Below are positions 7,793-17,190 of a stretch of DNA of 64,000 nucleotides, one piece after another. Position 1 is the first letter of the stretch. Every line of letters starts with the position of its first letter. This DNA is from an archaeon (GTDB lineage: Archaea; Nanobdellota; Nanobdellia; Pacearchaeales; GW2011-AR1): contig JAIORZ010000002.1 of assembly GCA_021107855.1 (NCBI GenBank), positions 315,316-379,315 of the forward strand, given 5' to 3'. The notes under the pieces are model-generated. The model was not told the DNA's origin and searched no databases. It saw nothing but the letters and a program-made list of their open reading frames with translations. The position numbers and the translations under genes are program-made.

Positions 7793-9331
7793 ATGGAAGA
7801 GAAATTGATTATCGAGAGTTTGTCCCCGATGGAGCGGAGCGTTTTGCCTAAATTAGTAAAAAAATTTTTGAATGTTAAAGAAATTTCAGAAAAAAGTGGT
7901 TTAGACAAGACTACGGTTTTGAGGGCGGTTGGACTTTTAGAGAAAAAGAATTTGGTTGAAATTGAGAGTTCGAAATTAAAAAGAATTGACCTAGGTATTT
8001 TAGGAATTAATTATTTGAAAAAGGAATTACCAGAGCGGACATTGTTGAATAAGTTGAATGAAAAAGGTGGTATTCCGATTGGGGAAATCAGAAATATTTG
8101 TGGTTTGAATGAAAATGAGGCGAAGGTTGCTTTGGGTATTTTGAGAAAAAAGATTTTGGTTGAAATTGATAAAGGGAAATTGAAATTGAGTGCTAATAAG
8201 CAAGATATCTCTAAGAAGATGGTTGAAGAATTATTTATAGAAAAGTTACCTTTAAATTTGGACGAGGTTAAAGATTTGGATGCTTTGGCTTTTGAGAATT
8301 TGAAGAAGAGGAAGGACATTGTTGAGGTTGTAGAAGAGCAGGTTGCAAAAGTTAAGTTGACTGATTTGGGAGTAAGGATTTCTGAAATAGATTTAGGTAT
8401 ACCGATGTTGGAAGCATTAACTCCGAAAATGTTGAAGGGAACTGGCTGGAAAGGGAAGAAATTTAGGCGGTACGATTTGAATGCGCCAACTCCTAGGATT
8501 TATGGGGGGAAAAGGCATTTTGTAAATCAGGCAACTGGTTATGCTAAATCGATTTGGTTGGAAATGGGATTCAAAGAGATGGCGGGGAATATGGTAGAGA
8601 GTGGCTTTTGGGTTTTTGATAGTTTATTTACGGCGCAGGACCATCCGGTTCGGGAGATGCAGGACACTTTTTATTTGAAAGGACTGAAGGGAACTGTTCC
8701 CGCGAAAGAAAAGAAAGTGGTAAATTGTGTCCTTTCTAATGTTCAGAAGGCACATGAGGGCGGAGTCGATGGGTCAAAAGGTTGGCAATATAAGTGGGAC
8801 GAGGAAGATGCTAAGAAAGTATTGCTCCGAACGCACACGACTTGCTTGTCGGCTCGGAAGTTGATGGAGATTGGGAAAAATGGTGAGTTCCCGGCAAAGT
8901 ATTTTGCGCTTGGAAAGTGTTTTAGAAATGAAACAGTGGATTGGTCACACGGGTTTGAATTTAATCAGACTGAGGGGATTGTGGTCGATGAGAATGCGAA
9001 TTTTAGGCAACTCTTAGGATATTTGAAGCAGTTTTTTTTGAAAATGGGTTATGAGAAAATTCGAATTCGACCGGCGTATTTTGCGTATACCGAACCGAGT
9101 TTGGAGATTGATATTTTTCATCCTGTGCATAAGAAATGGGTTGAGCTTGGTGGGGCGGGAATGTTTAGACCCGAGGTGACGATTCCGATGTTTGGGAGGC
9201 ATATTCCCGTGTTAGCTTGGGGCCCAGGATTTGATAGAATTATTATGGAGTTTTTTGGAATTAACGATTTGCGAGAGATGTATAAAAACGATTTAAATAA
9301 ATTGAGAGAGATGAAAATTTGGAGGAAATGA
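7793..9331 (+). CDS. pheS: Phenylalanyl-tRNA synthetase alpha subunit
   Basis: QDHPVREMQDTFY, LLRTHTT, FRNETVD..H..EFNQTEG, YFAYTEPS, ELGGAGMFRPEV. Confidence 0.97.
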   Translation: MEEKLIIESLSPMERSVLPKLVKKFLNVKEISEKSGLDKTTVLRAVGLLEKKNLVEIESSKLKRIDLGILGINYLKKELPERTLLNKLNEKGGIPIGEIRNICGLNENEAKVALGILRKKILVEIDKGKLKLSANKQDISKKMVEELFIEKLPLNLDEVKDLDALAFENLKKRKDIVEVVEEQVAKVKLTDLGVRISEIDLGIPMLEALTPKMLKGTGWKGKKFRRYDLNAPTPRIYGGKRHFVNQATGYAKSIWLEMGFKEMAGNMVESGFWVFDSLFTAQDHPVREMQDTFYLKGLKGTVPAKEKKVVNCVLSNVQKAHEGGVDGSKGWQYKWDEEDAKKVLLRTHTTCLSARKLMEIGKNGEFPAKYFALGKCFRNETVDWSHGFEFNQTEGIVVDENANFRQLLGYLKQFFLKMGYEKIRIRPAYFAYTEPSLEIDIFHPVHKKWVELGGAGMFRPEVTIPMFGRHIPVLAWGPGFDRIIMEFFGINDLREMYKNDLNKLREMKIWRK

Positions 9332-9597
9332 TGATAACAATAGAAATTTTAGCTACTGTACTTGGAGTAATTACCGGTTTGGCAAATGTTCCTCAAATAA
9401 TCAAAATTTTCAAAAGTAGGAGCGCAAAAGATATTTCAATTATAACTAATTTGATTTTTATCACAAGTTCCGTTGTTTGGTTGTTATATGGATTGCAGTT
9501 GGACAGTTTCCCTCTTATTGTTGCTAATATTATTTACATAATTACCTACGGATTGATAGTTATTGGATGGGTGGTTTATGGGAGGAACAGAAAATAA
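9328..9597 (+). CDS. SemiSWEET/PQ-loop sugar transporter
   Basis: 3 TM helices, PQIIKIFKSRSAKDIS, WLLYG, PLIVAN; ATG at 9328 overlaps the pheS stop. Confidence 0.88.
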   Translation: MMITIEILATVLGVITGLANVPQIIKIFKSRSAKDISIITNLIFITSSVVWLLYGLQLDSFPLIVANIIYIITYGLIVIGWVVYGRNRK

Positions 9598-9598
9598 G

Positions 9599-9925
9599 AT
9601 GGAAATTAACGAAGCACAAAAAAAAGCGAAAGAATTAATTTTGCATTATGGAGACTTTTGGCCACCACTTTCTATGATGGCTAGAATTACAGAAGAAGTC
9701 GGCGAGTTGGCACGGGCTATGAATATTAAGTATGGGGGGAAGAGAAGCAAAGGAGATGGAGACGGGAGAGAAATTGGGAAAGAGTTATCGGATATTTTAT
9801 TTACTACACTGGCTATAGCTGAGGCGCAGGGGATTGATTTGGAAAAGGTTTATGAGAAAAAAGTTGAGGCGGATTATGAAAAAATGAAAGGAGTATATTC
9901 TAAAAATGACAATACTAACAATTAA
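9599..9925 (+). CDS. MazG-like nucleotide pyrophosphohydrolase
   Basis: EEVGELARA...ELSDILF motif; probable start at ATG 9599. Confidence 0.88.
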   Translation: MEINEAQKKAKELILHYGDFWPPLSMMARITEEVGELARAMNIKYGGKRSKGDGDGREIGKELSDILFTTLAIAEAQGIDLEKVYEKKVEADYEKMKGVYSKNDNTNN

Positions 9926-11549
9926 CAGAAAAGAATTTGAAAAGCAAATCGGCAAACTAACTCCGGAATTAGAGAAAAAAATCACAGATATGGGGACGCC
10001 GATTGAGGAAGTTACCGATTCAGAAATCGCAATTGAAGTTTTTCCCAATAGACCAGATTTATTGAGTTTGGAAAATTTTGCACGAGCTATTAATCAGTTT
10101 ATTGGAAAGGGCAAAATTGCCAAATTTAAGGTGGTTTCCTCTGGAGAAAAATTAATTGTTGATAAATCGCTGCCAAAGGAATGGCCTTATGCTATTGCCT
10201 GTATTATAAAAGGAATTAAGTTTGATGATGAAAAAATTAAACAGATTATTGATGTTCAGGAAAAGTTGGGGATGAGTGTATTAAGAAAAAGAAAACGTGG
10301 CGGAATTGGTCTTTATCCACTTGAGAAAATTGAGTTTCCTATTAAGTTTGTTGGGATGAAACCGGAAGAAATTAAGTTTAGACCATTGGAGTTTCCTAGA
10401 GAGATTACAGGGCGACAGATTTTGAGGCAGCATCCGACCGGGCGTGAGTACGCCGATATTTGTAAGGACTGGAATTCATTTCCTGTTTTTGTTGATGATT
10501 CTGAGAAAATTATGTCGATGCCGCCGATTATTAATTCGCATGATGTTGGAAAAATCGACGAGACGACCAGTGATGTTTTTTTGGAAGCTACAGGAGATAA
10601 CCTTCCTTCATTACAGAACGCGTTCAATATAATAGTCACTTCTTTAGCTAGTATGGGAGGTCAAATTTATTCGATAGATTGTAAGCAGCAAAATGGGAAA
10701 ATGCTTTCAATTCCCGATTTGTCTTCTGAGGAATTGAATTTTAAAATTGAAGACATTGAGAAGACTTTAGGGATTAAGTTGAAGGAAAAAGAAGTAAGGG
10801 GATATTTAGCGAGAATGGGGATTGATTATGAGAATAAAAAAGGGAAATCCGTGGCTTTGATTCCAGCATATAGAACTGATATTTTACATTGGGTTGATTT
10901 AGCTGAAGAAGTTGCGATTGCTTATGGGTATGAAAATTTTGAGCCTGAAATCCCGGCAATTTCAACCATTGCCGAAGAAAATCCTATCGATAAAACCAAA
11001 AAGGCAATTGGTAATATTCTGGCTGGGTTAGGGTGCTTGGAATGTTCCAGCTTTCATCTAATCACAAAGAAAGATGTGAAAAAAATGCATTACGAGTTTA
11101 ATAATTTTATTGAAGTTGAGGCTTCAAAAACAGGGCGAGATGTTTTAAGAATGGATTTGATGACGAATATGCTACAGATTCTGAGTAAGAATTCGGATGT
11201 CGCTTATCCGCAGAAAATATTTGAGATGGGTCGTGTGTTTGAGTTGGATGAAAAAAGTGAAACTGGGGTTATTGAAAAGGAAAGATTGAGCATTGCGATG
11301 ATTGATGAGAAAATGGGATTTACAGAGATGAAGCAGGTTTTGGATTATTTGTTTAAGATGTTGGATGTTGAATATAAGTTGGAAGATGTTGAAGATTCGA
11401 ATTATATCGTTGGCAGGTGCGGAAAAATTTTGGTTGGAAACGAAGAAGTAGGTCGGGTCGGTGAGATTGCACCACGAGTTTTGAAAAATTGGAAGATTAG
11501 AATGCCCGTTGTTGGATGCGAGATGGGACTTGGTTTTTTGTTTGGATAG
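9906..11549 (+). CDS. pheT: Phenylalanyl-tRNA synthetase beta subunit
   Basis: PNRPDLLS, SMPPIINS, IPAYRTDILHWVDLAEEVAIAYGY, YPQKIFEMG. Confidence 0.97.
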   Translation: MTILTINRKEFEKQIGKLTPELEKKITDMGTPIEEVTDSEIAIEVFPNRPDLLSLENFARAINQFIGKGKIAKFKVVSSGEKLIVDKSLPKEWPYAIACIIKGIKFDDEKIKQIIDVQEKLGMSVLRKRKRGGIGLYPLEKIEFPIKFVGMKPEEIKFRPLEFPREITGRQILRQHPTGREYADICKDWNSFPVFVDDSEKIMSMPPIINSHDVGKIDETTSDVFLEATGDNLPSLQNAFNIIVTSLASMGGQIYSIDCKQQNGKMLSIPDLSSEELNFKIEDIEKTLGIKLKEKEVRGYLARMGIDYENKKGKSVALIPAYRTDILHWVDLAEEVAIAYGYENFEPEIPAISTIAEENPIDKTKKAIGNILAGLGCLECSSFHLITKKDVKKMHYEFNNFIEVEASKTGRDVLRMDLMTNMLQILSKNSDVAYPQKIFEMGRVFELDEKSETGVIEKERLSIAMIDEKMGFTEMKQVLDYLFKMLDVEYKLEDVEDSNYIVGRCGKILVGNEEVGRVGEIAPRVLKNWKIRMPVVGCEMGLGFLFG

Positions 11550-11579
11550 ATATTTAAAGTTCCTAAATTAATTTATTAT

Positions 11580-12182
11580 ATGAAGAGGTTTTATATTATC
11601 TTAATTGTTATTGGTGCTTTAATGGTTGTTTCTTCGGGGAGTTTTGTTTTGATGCAAGTTTTTTGGAGTTCTAATGAATATCAGACGGGAATGGAAAGCG
11701 AAGAAGCCAATGGAATCAAGGATGAGGGTCGAGTAGAAATTAATATAGGAGATCCTGCAGTTGAGGACAGTTTTGGAGGAGGGGGAGCTGGCGGAGGTGG
11801 GAGCGGAAGTGGAGATGAAGGGGATTCTGGAGTCGTCGATGATGGATGTATTTTAAGACAAGTCCAGTATTCTTTGAAAAACTTTGGAGATGATGTTTTG
11901 TGCTTAGAAAACGGAAGTGTTGGATGCTCTAAGATAAAAGTTAATTGTTTTGTTGAAGTTTATAATTTTGATGTTGGTGTTGATGATATTTTCGGGGTGA
12001 GATATTCTTTGGTTGATTCAAATGAGGATGAACTGGACTTTAAATTGGTCGAAGGGGATGTTGCGACGGGTAGCTCGAAGATTTTTTCTGCTGAGTTTAT
12101 TTGGGAAGATGAAGATGGGGTTGGCGAGAATTTGAATTGTGTGTTTGGGATGGAAAGAATTCCTAATAAGAAGATTTGTTAA
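11580..12182 (+). CDS. Hypothetical secreted/membrane-anchored acidic protein with Gly-rich linker and Cys-containing domain
   Basis: N-terminal hydrophobic segment, GGGGAGGGGSGSG linker, 6 Cys. Confidence 0.7.
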   Translation: MKRFYIILIVIGALMVVSSGSFVLMQVFWSSNEYQTGMESEEANGIKDEGRVEINIGDPAVEDSFGGGGAGGGGSGSGDEGDSGVVDDGCILRQVQYSLKNFGDDVLCLENGSVGCSKIKVNCFVEVYNFDVGVDDIFGVRYSLVDSNEDELDFKLVEGDVATGSSKIFSAEFIWEDEDGVGENLNCVFGMERIPNKKIC

Positions 12183-12183
12183 A

Positions 12184-12660
12184 TTAATCAAAATAGCTTT
12201 GTTTCTTCGAAATATTTCCATTTTCGAAATTCTTTTCAAAAGATTCGAAGAGACCATAAATTTTCGGTTTTATGTCTTGCCATATTTCAAATGTATTATT
12301 GATAAAGTCTATTTCATTTTTTTCGGAATAAGTTGTGTCGAGTTTCATCGTTTTAAGTTGAATTTTAGAAAGTGTTTTGTAAAGAAATTGCATTATTTCT
12401 TTGTCCCGTGTCGAGACATTTTTTAGAATTTGAAAAACAAATATTGGCGGATTTGCTGGATTGATTAATGTTTCAAAGAGATGTGTGTATGCTGTTATTT
12501 TTTCATTAATAATTCTTCGTATTTCTCGCGCTAAAAACAAAGTTTCTTTATCATAGAGTTTCTCGATGTCGAAATCTTGAGTTATTGCTTCAAACTCCGG
12601 AAGACTATATTTTATTTTGAGCAACTCGTATTCCTTTTTCAAATCCAATTGCGTTTCCAT
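12184..12660 (-). CDS. Conserved hypothetical protein
   Basis: 158-aa helical ORF (KYSLPEFE...FDIE). Confidence 0.7.
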   Translation of the reverse strand: METQLDLKKEYELLKIKYSLPEFEAITQDFDIEKLYDKETLFLAREIRRIINEKITAYTHLFETLINPANPPIFVFQILKNVSTRDKEIMQFLYKTLSKIQLKTMKLDTTYSEKNEIDFINNTFEIWQDIKPKIYGLFESFEKNFENGNISKKQSYFD

Positions 12661-12734
12661 AGGTAGGTGGTGAAGGACGGGTTTATAAGATTTTTGATAG
12701 ATAGTTTTAAATATGAATTTTTCGGGAATACATT

Positions 12735-13157
12735 ATGACAGTCAAGAAAGGAGATAAAATCAAGGTTGATTATACTGGGAGTTTTGAAAATGGCGAAGTG
12801 TTTGATGCGAGCGAGAAGCATGGGCAACCTTTAGAGTTCGAAGCTGGGAAAGGGATGGTTGTTCCTGGATTCGATGCGGCTGTGATTGGAATGGATGTTG
12901 CCGGGGAAAAAGAATTTACGCTTAAACCGAATGAGGCCTATGGAATGCCCAATGAGAAGGCTGTTCAGAAAGTTCCTAAGGATAAATTTCCGCCTGAAGC
13001 TAAAGAAGGCATGATGATTGGTGTTCCGCTTCCTAGTGGGCAGCAGATACCGGCCAAAATTGCGAAGATTGATGATAAGGAAGTTACAATTGATATGAAT
13101 CATCCTTTAGCTGGAAAAACACTTGTATTTAAAATTAAGATTGTTTCTATTAATTAA
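12735..13157 (+). CDS. slyD: FKBP-type peptidyl-prolyl isomerase (SlyD-like)
   Basis: VDYTGSFENGEVFD, PGFDAAVIGM, IDMNHPLAGKTLVF. Confidence 0.93.
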   Translation: MTVKKGDKIKVDYTGSFENGEVFDASEKHGQPLEFEAGKGMVVPGFDAAVIGMDVAGEKEFTLKPNEAYGMPNEKAVQKVPKDKFPPEAKEGMMIGVPLPSGQQIPAKIAKIDDKEVTIDMNHPLAGKTLVFKIKIVSIN

Positions 13158-13187
13158 ATCTTTAAAGTCTGTTCTTTTATTTCTAAT

Positions 13188-13580
13188 ATGGTAAATTTTA
13201 GAGAGTTTGTAACGAATTCCGGTTTGAAAGTTTTCGCCGGTCGCAATGCCGAAAATAATGACAAATTAGTTTGGGATGCGAAGCCTAATGATGTTTTATT
13301 GCATACCTCTGCACCTGGGAGTCCGTTTGTAAATGTTGGGGGAAATCCTTCTAAAAAGGACATTAAAGAAACTACGATTTTTTGTGCAAAATTTTCTCAA
13401 GACTGGAGAGACTCAAAACGGGATGTTGCTGTGAATGTTTTTTTACGAAAGAATATGGAAAAAGATAGGAAAATGAAAATTGGAACTTGGAATGTAAAGA
13501 AACAAAAAAAAATAAAAGTAAAGAAAAGTGATATACTTAAATATGAAAAGATTTTGAGGGAAAACAATGAAACCGATTAA
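13188..13580 (+). CDS. NFACT RNA-binding domain protein (DUF814-like)
   Basis: AGRNAENNDKL...DVLLHT..PGSPF. Confidence 0.8.
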   Translation: MVNFREFVTNSGLKVFAGRNAENNDKLVWDAKPNDVLLHTSAPGSPFVNVGGNPSKKDIKETTIFCAKFSQDWRDSKRDVAVNVFLRKNMEKDRKMKIGTWNVKKQKKIKVKKSDILKYEKILRENNETD

Positions 13581-13815
13581 ACAGTTGCAACTTGGAAAAG
13601 CGGGACTTAGTGATGCGTTTGTTGAGCAGGTTCGAGGTGTTTTTGAAAATGAAAAAGCTTTGAAGATTTCTATTTTGAAATCGGCTTGTCGGAATAAGGA
13701 TGATGCAAGAAAGATTGGAGAAGATTTAGTTGAGAAGCTAGGAACGAAGTTTGGGTTTAAGTTGGTTGGATATGTTTTAACGGTTGTAAAGTTTCGAAAG
13801 AATCAGCGGCAGTAG
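13567..13815 (+). CDS. YhbY/CRM-domain RNA-binding protein
   Basis: QLGKAGLSDAFV...KISIL...LVGYVL. Confidence 0.8.
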   Translation: MKPIKQLQLGKAGLSDAFVEQVRGVFENEKALKISILKSACRNKDDARKIGEDLVEKLGTKFGFKLVGYVLTVVKFRKNQRQ

Positions 13816-13856
13816 AGTGTATAAATTTTTATAAAGTGTGAGTATCTTTTTGTTTT

Positions 13857-14213
13857 ATGAATGACGATTTTAATTTTGAAGGGAAAAAATTGTATGAAAG
13901 AGACGGAATTTGTATTTACAAAGGGAATGCCCCTGATACTCATGATGTCGTGATAAAAGGGAAATATCTTTTTCTTGATAGAGATATGAGAAGAGATTGG
14001 TTATCTAGGGGAATTGATGGTGTTCGAGAGGGCTATGGGTGTTTCACTTCTCCCATTGAAAGTGGAAATTTAGAATCTGATTTTGAGATTTCTGCTTGCG
14101 AATTAGCATTTGCCTTGAGCCAAAGTGAGATTAGAGAGATGAAAGATGAAATAAACAATCTATTGGATACGATTCAACCCAAAAGCCATTCGAAAAATCG
14201 TCATAGAGAATAA
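13857..14213 (+). CDS. Hypothetical protein
   Basis: 118-aa ORF with TTTATAAA upstream. Confidence 0.55.
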   Translation: MNDDFNFEGKKLYERDGICIYKGNAPDTHDVVIKGKYLFLDRDMRRDWLSRGIDGVREGYGCFTSPIESGNLESDFEISACELAFALSQSEIREMKDEINNLLDTIQPKSHSKNRHRE

Positions 14214-14258
14214 GATCAGATGACGATAGTTTTATAAACTAAAATTTTAATTAATTAT

Positions 14259-14303
14259 CAGGTTAATGAGTCTCGGACTTATCTATCTTCGAAAGAAGAG
14301 CCT
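14259..14303 (+). promoter_or_regulatory. Candidate structured 5' leader of the rps19e operon
   Basis: TTTATAAA at 14231; AGGTT/AGCCT closes two hairpins, GAGTC-tcg-GACTT and CTTC-GAAA-GAAG. Confidence 0.45.
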
Positions 14304-14312
14304 AAATACAAA

Positions 14313-14876
14313 ATGGCAAAAACAATATTTGCACAGAACCCAGAAAAGTATATTCCGGCTTTGGCTGAAGCCCTGAAAAAGATTCCTGAATTTAAAGTTC
14401 CCGAATGGGCGCAGTATGTTAAAACTGGTGTTTCAAGAGAGAGACCACCTATGGATGAGAATTTTTGGTATACTCGTGCTGCTAGTATTTTGAGGCAGTT
14501 GTATATTCGTGGTGTTGTTGGCGTTGGGAAACTTAGAACTCGATATGGTTCCAAGAAAGACAGAGGCGGAAAGCCAGACAAATTTTTCAAATCGGGTGGA
14601 AAGATTATTCGTGTTATTTTGCAGCAGGCTGAGGCGGCTGGTTTAGTTGAGAAGATTTTGAGGATGCAACATGGTCGGAGATTGACACAACAAGGAAGAG
14701 ATTTCTTGGATTCTATTGAAGTTGAGGAAAAGAAAATCAATAGTGATAATTGGACCGTAAAGAGTATTAGAGATGTCGATAATGAACAGCAAGATGTAGA
14801 AGAGAAAGGGAATGAAGTTGAGGTTGTAGATGAAGATAGCAATATTAAAGAAGAGGTAGAAAAAGATGGTAAGTAG
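14313..14876 (+). CDS. rps19e: Ribosomal protein S19e with acidic C-terminal extension
   Basis: PEWAQYVKTGVSRERPP..WYTRAASILR...GVGKLRTRYG...GRRLT. Confidence 0.96.
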   Translation: MAKTIFAQNPEKYIPALAEALKKIPEFKVPEWAQYVKTGVSRERPPMDENFWYTRAASILRQLYIRGVVGVGKLRTRYGSKKDRGGKPDKFFKSGGKIIRVILQQAEAAGLVEKILRMQHGRRLTQQGRDFLDSIEVEEKKINSDNWTVKSIRDVDNEQQDVEEKGNEVEVVDEDSNIKEEVEKDGK

Positions 14877-15081
14877 AAAGGCTAAAGCTGCTAGCAGTAA
14901 AAAAAGGCATTTGGACCGAGCGCAGAAGCAAACGAAGTGGGCACCGTTTTGGACAGTTATCAAAAAGTTTGGAAAAGGAAAGAAGGTCCATCCGTCGAGT
15001 ATTACTCATGTTAAGAGAAGCTGGAATCGGACAAGTTTGAAAATTAAACCGAGGAAAATGGCTAAGAAGCATTTAGGATGA
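14866..15081 (+). CDS. rpl39e: Ribosomal protein L39e
   Basis: KQTKWAPFW...HP...KRSWNRTSLK; located between S19e and L31e. Confidence 0.85.
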   Translation: MVSRKAKAASSKKRHLDRAQKQTKWAPFWTVIKKFGKGKKVHPSSITHVKRSWNRTSLKIKPRKMAKKHLG

Positions 15082-15800
15082 TGGTAGAAGAAGTTAAGAA
15101 AACTGAGAGCAAAAAGTTAGAAGAGTTTAAGGAAAGTGATGAGAATAAAAAAGCTATCGCTGAGAGTGAGGGCAAAGCTGTGGAAGTTAAAAAAGAAAGG
15201 AAAGAGTCTACACCGGCTGTCACTAAGGTTAAAAAGAAAGGAAAGAAAACCGAGGGCAAAGCTGAACTTGAAAGAGAGTATATTGTTCCGTTGAGAAAGG
15301 GATTTCTGAACGTGCCACATTATCGGAGAGCGAAGAAAGCCGTTAAAACTTTGAAGGAATTTATGGTTAGGCATATGAATATTCGTGATGGAGACACTCG
15401 GAAAGTTAAAATTAATATTCATTTGAATAATGAAATCTGGTTTAGGGGGATTAAAAAACCGCTTACTAAAATTAAAGTTAAAGCAAAAAAGATTGGTGGA
15501 ATTGTTTATGTTGAGTTGGCTGATGTTCCTAAGGTTGTGAAGTTTAAAATGGCTCGTGAGGAGAAAGTTAAAATGGCTAGTGTTGTTGACAAGAAAGGTG
15601 CTAAGAAGACTGAGAAGGAAAAAGTTGAGGCGGATAAGGACAAGGATGGGGTTGATGATAAGAAGGAAGAGGACGAGAGGAAGAAGGCTGGGGCTGAGAA
15701 AGCGGCTAGTGTTGCCAAGGAGAAGAATAGAGACTTGAAGCGCACAGCTCAGGGGAAGCATGCGCAGAAGACGGTGCCGGTTCGAAAGGTTTTGAAGTAG
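15078..15800 (+). CDS. rpl31e: Ribosomal protein L31e with long charged N- and C-terminal extensions
   Basis: EREYIVPLR...RAKKAVKTLKEF..RHM...LNNEIWFRG core. Confidence 0.93.
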   Translation: MMVEEVKKTESKKLEEFKESDENKKAIAESEGKAVEVKKERKESTPAVTKVKKKGKKTEGKAELEREYIVPLRKGFLNVPHYRRAKKAVKTLKEFMVRHMNIRDGDTRKVKINIHLNNEIWFRGIKKPLTKIKVKAKKIGGIVYVELADVPKVVKFKMAREEKVKMASVVDKKGAKKTEKEKVEADKDKDGVDDKKEEDERKKAGAEKAASVAKEKNRDLKRTAQGKHAQKTVPVRKVLK

Positions 15801-15834
15801 GTAAGTTTTTAATTTTAGGATTCTATTTGGTTTT

Positions 15835-16521
15835 ATGAAGTTAATTAGTAAGGAATTGGAAAATGCTGCCAATAAAGATAGAGCTAAGGTTTTTGCGAGA
15901 TTTTTTAAAACAGAGAAAGGTGAATACGGCGAGGGAGATGTTTTTCTGGGAATTAGTAATGGAGAATTAAGGCGGATTATGAAAAAGCATTGGGAAAGAG
16001 TTGGATTTTCTGATATTGAGATGTTACTTCATTCTAGAATTCATGAGAAAAGATTGGTTGCGTTATTGATTTTAGTTGAGAAATTTAAAGATTCCCCTGA
16101 AATAATTTACGATTTTTATTTAAGAAACACGCAATTTATCAATAATTGGGATTTAGTTGATTTGTCAGCGTGGAAAATTGTTGGAAGTTGGTTATTAGAT
16201 AAAAAGGATAGGAGTGTTTTGGATAAGTTGGCTGTTTCGGAAAATTTATGGGAGAGACGAATTGCGATTGTTTCGACATTTGCGTTTATTCGGAAGGGTG
16301 AGTTGGATGATACTTTGAGAATTGCAAAGATTTTGCTTAGAGATTCGGAGGATTTAATTCATAAGGCTGTGGGTTGGATGTTGAGAGAAGTTGGGAAGAA
16401 GAATCAGAACATTTTAAGAAATTTTTTGAGGGATAATCATGATGCATTGCCGAGGATGACTTTGAGATATGCGATTGAGAGATTTGAAGAGAAAGAAAAA
16501 AAGCGTTTTTTAAATTTTTAA
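15835..16521 (+). CDS. DNA alkylation repair protein (AlkD-like HEAT-repeat glycosylase)
   Basis: FFKTEKGEYGEGDVFLG, INNWDLVD, LWERRIAI, KAVGWMLRE, LRYAIE. Confidence 0.9.
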   Translation: MKLISKELENAANKDRAKVFARFFKTEKGEYGEGDVFLGISNGELRRIMKKHWERVGFSDIEMLLHSRIHEKRLVALLILVEKFKDSPEIIYDFYLRNTQFINNWDLVDLSAWKIVGSWLLDKKDRSVLDKLAVSENLWERRIAIVSTFAFIRKGELDDTLRIAKILLRDSEDLIHKAVGWMLREVGKKNQNILRNFLRDNHDALPRMTLRYAIERFEEKEKKRFLNF

Positions 16522-17190
16522 GATTCCTCGCACTTTGTTATTAGCGCCAAGTCCTCCTTTGTGTGCAATGAGTTCAGCTCCACCACCAAGAGGTCCGAAC
16601 CACATCTGTCTAACAAAGGGTTTTCCCCACGTATCTGCAAACCAAATACTCATCTTTTTTATCCCAGCATCCCTCAAAAATTCACTATAATCCCTTGTAT
16701 TTTTTATACCCCCAAATGCATAAACGGCTATTTTGCTATCCACAAGTCCCTTCGTGGAAAGTCTTCCAACTAATCCTTTTGTTGGAGTTAATTGGTTAAT
16801 TGAATTAATGATTGGGATTGCTTTATTTGTCAATTTAACAGAATCCGATAGAGATTTCGCGGTTTGCATAGTATTTGTATAAAATTCTCTCCCATCTCTG
16901 GAGCAAGCTGTAGCTTCTTCAGGATTTTCCATTATCGCAGAATACTTACTTAAAAAAACTCCTTTCTCGGGGATATAAAGAAACGTATCACTTACCCAAT
17001 TTCCAGTTTTTGAAATAATAGAATTTTTTCCTTCTTGGATTCTTAATTTAGCATTCTCTTCTAAAGAAATTATACGATATCCTCGTCTATCCAAAAGTCG
17101 TTTCCCAACATCAAAAGGAGCTTTTTTAGAAGCTGATACAATTTTTTCTGGTTTTACATCAACATTAATTTCAGTTTGCATTTTTGTCAT
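16510..17190 (-). CDS. Hypothetical protein resembling DPANN DGR-target (CLec-like) proteins
   Basis: C-terminal KPFVRQMWF...L...NNKVRGI pattern; family recalled from memory, not searched. Confidence 0.5.
   Translation of the reverse strand: MTKMQTEINVDVKPEKIVSASKKAPFDVGKRLLDRRGYRIISLEENAKLRIQEGKNSIISKTGNWVSDTFLYIPEKGVFLSKYSAIMENPEEATACSRDGREFYTNTMQTAKSLSDSVKLTNKAIPIINSINQLTPTKGLVGRLSTKGLVDSKIAVYAFGGIKNTRDYSEFLRDAGIKKMSIWFADTWGKPFVRQMWFGPLGGGAELIAHKGGLGANNKVRGILKI

Noticed and set aside
15117-15872. Long antisense ORFs (this one, 18255-19079, 46284-47216, 57422-58084 and others)
   Set aside because: They are shadows of well-supported genes on the opposite strand, favoured by the strong codon skew; no motifs.
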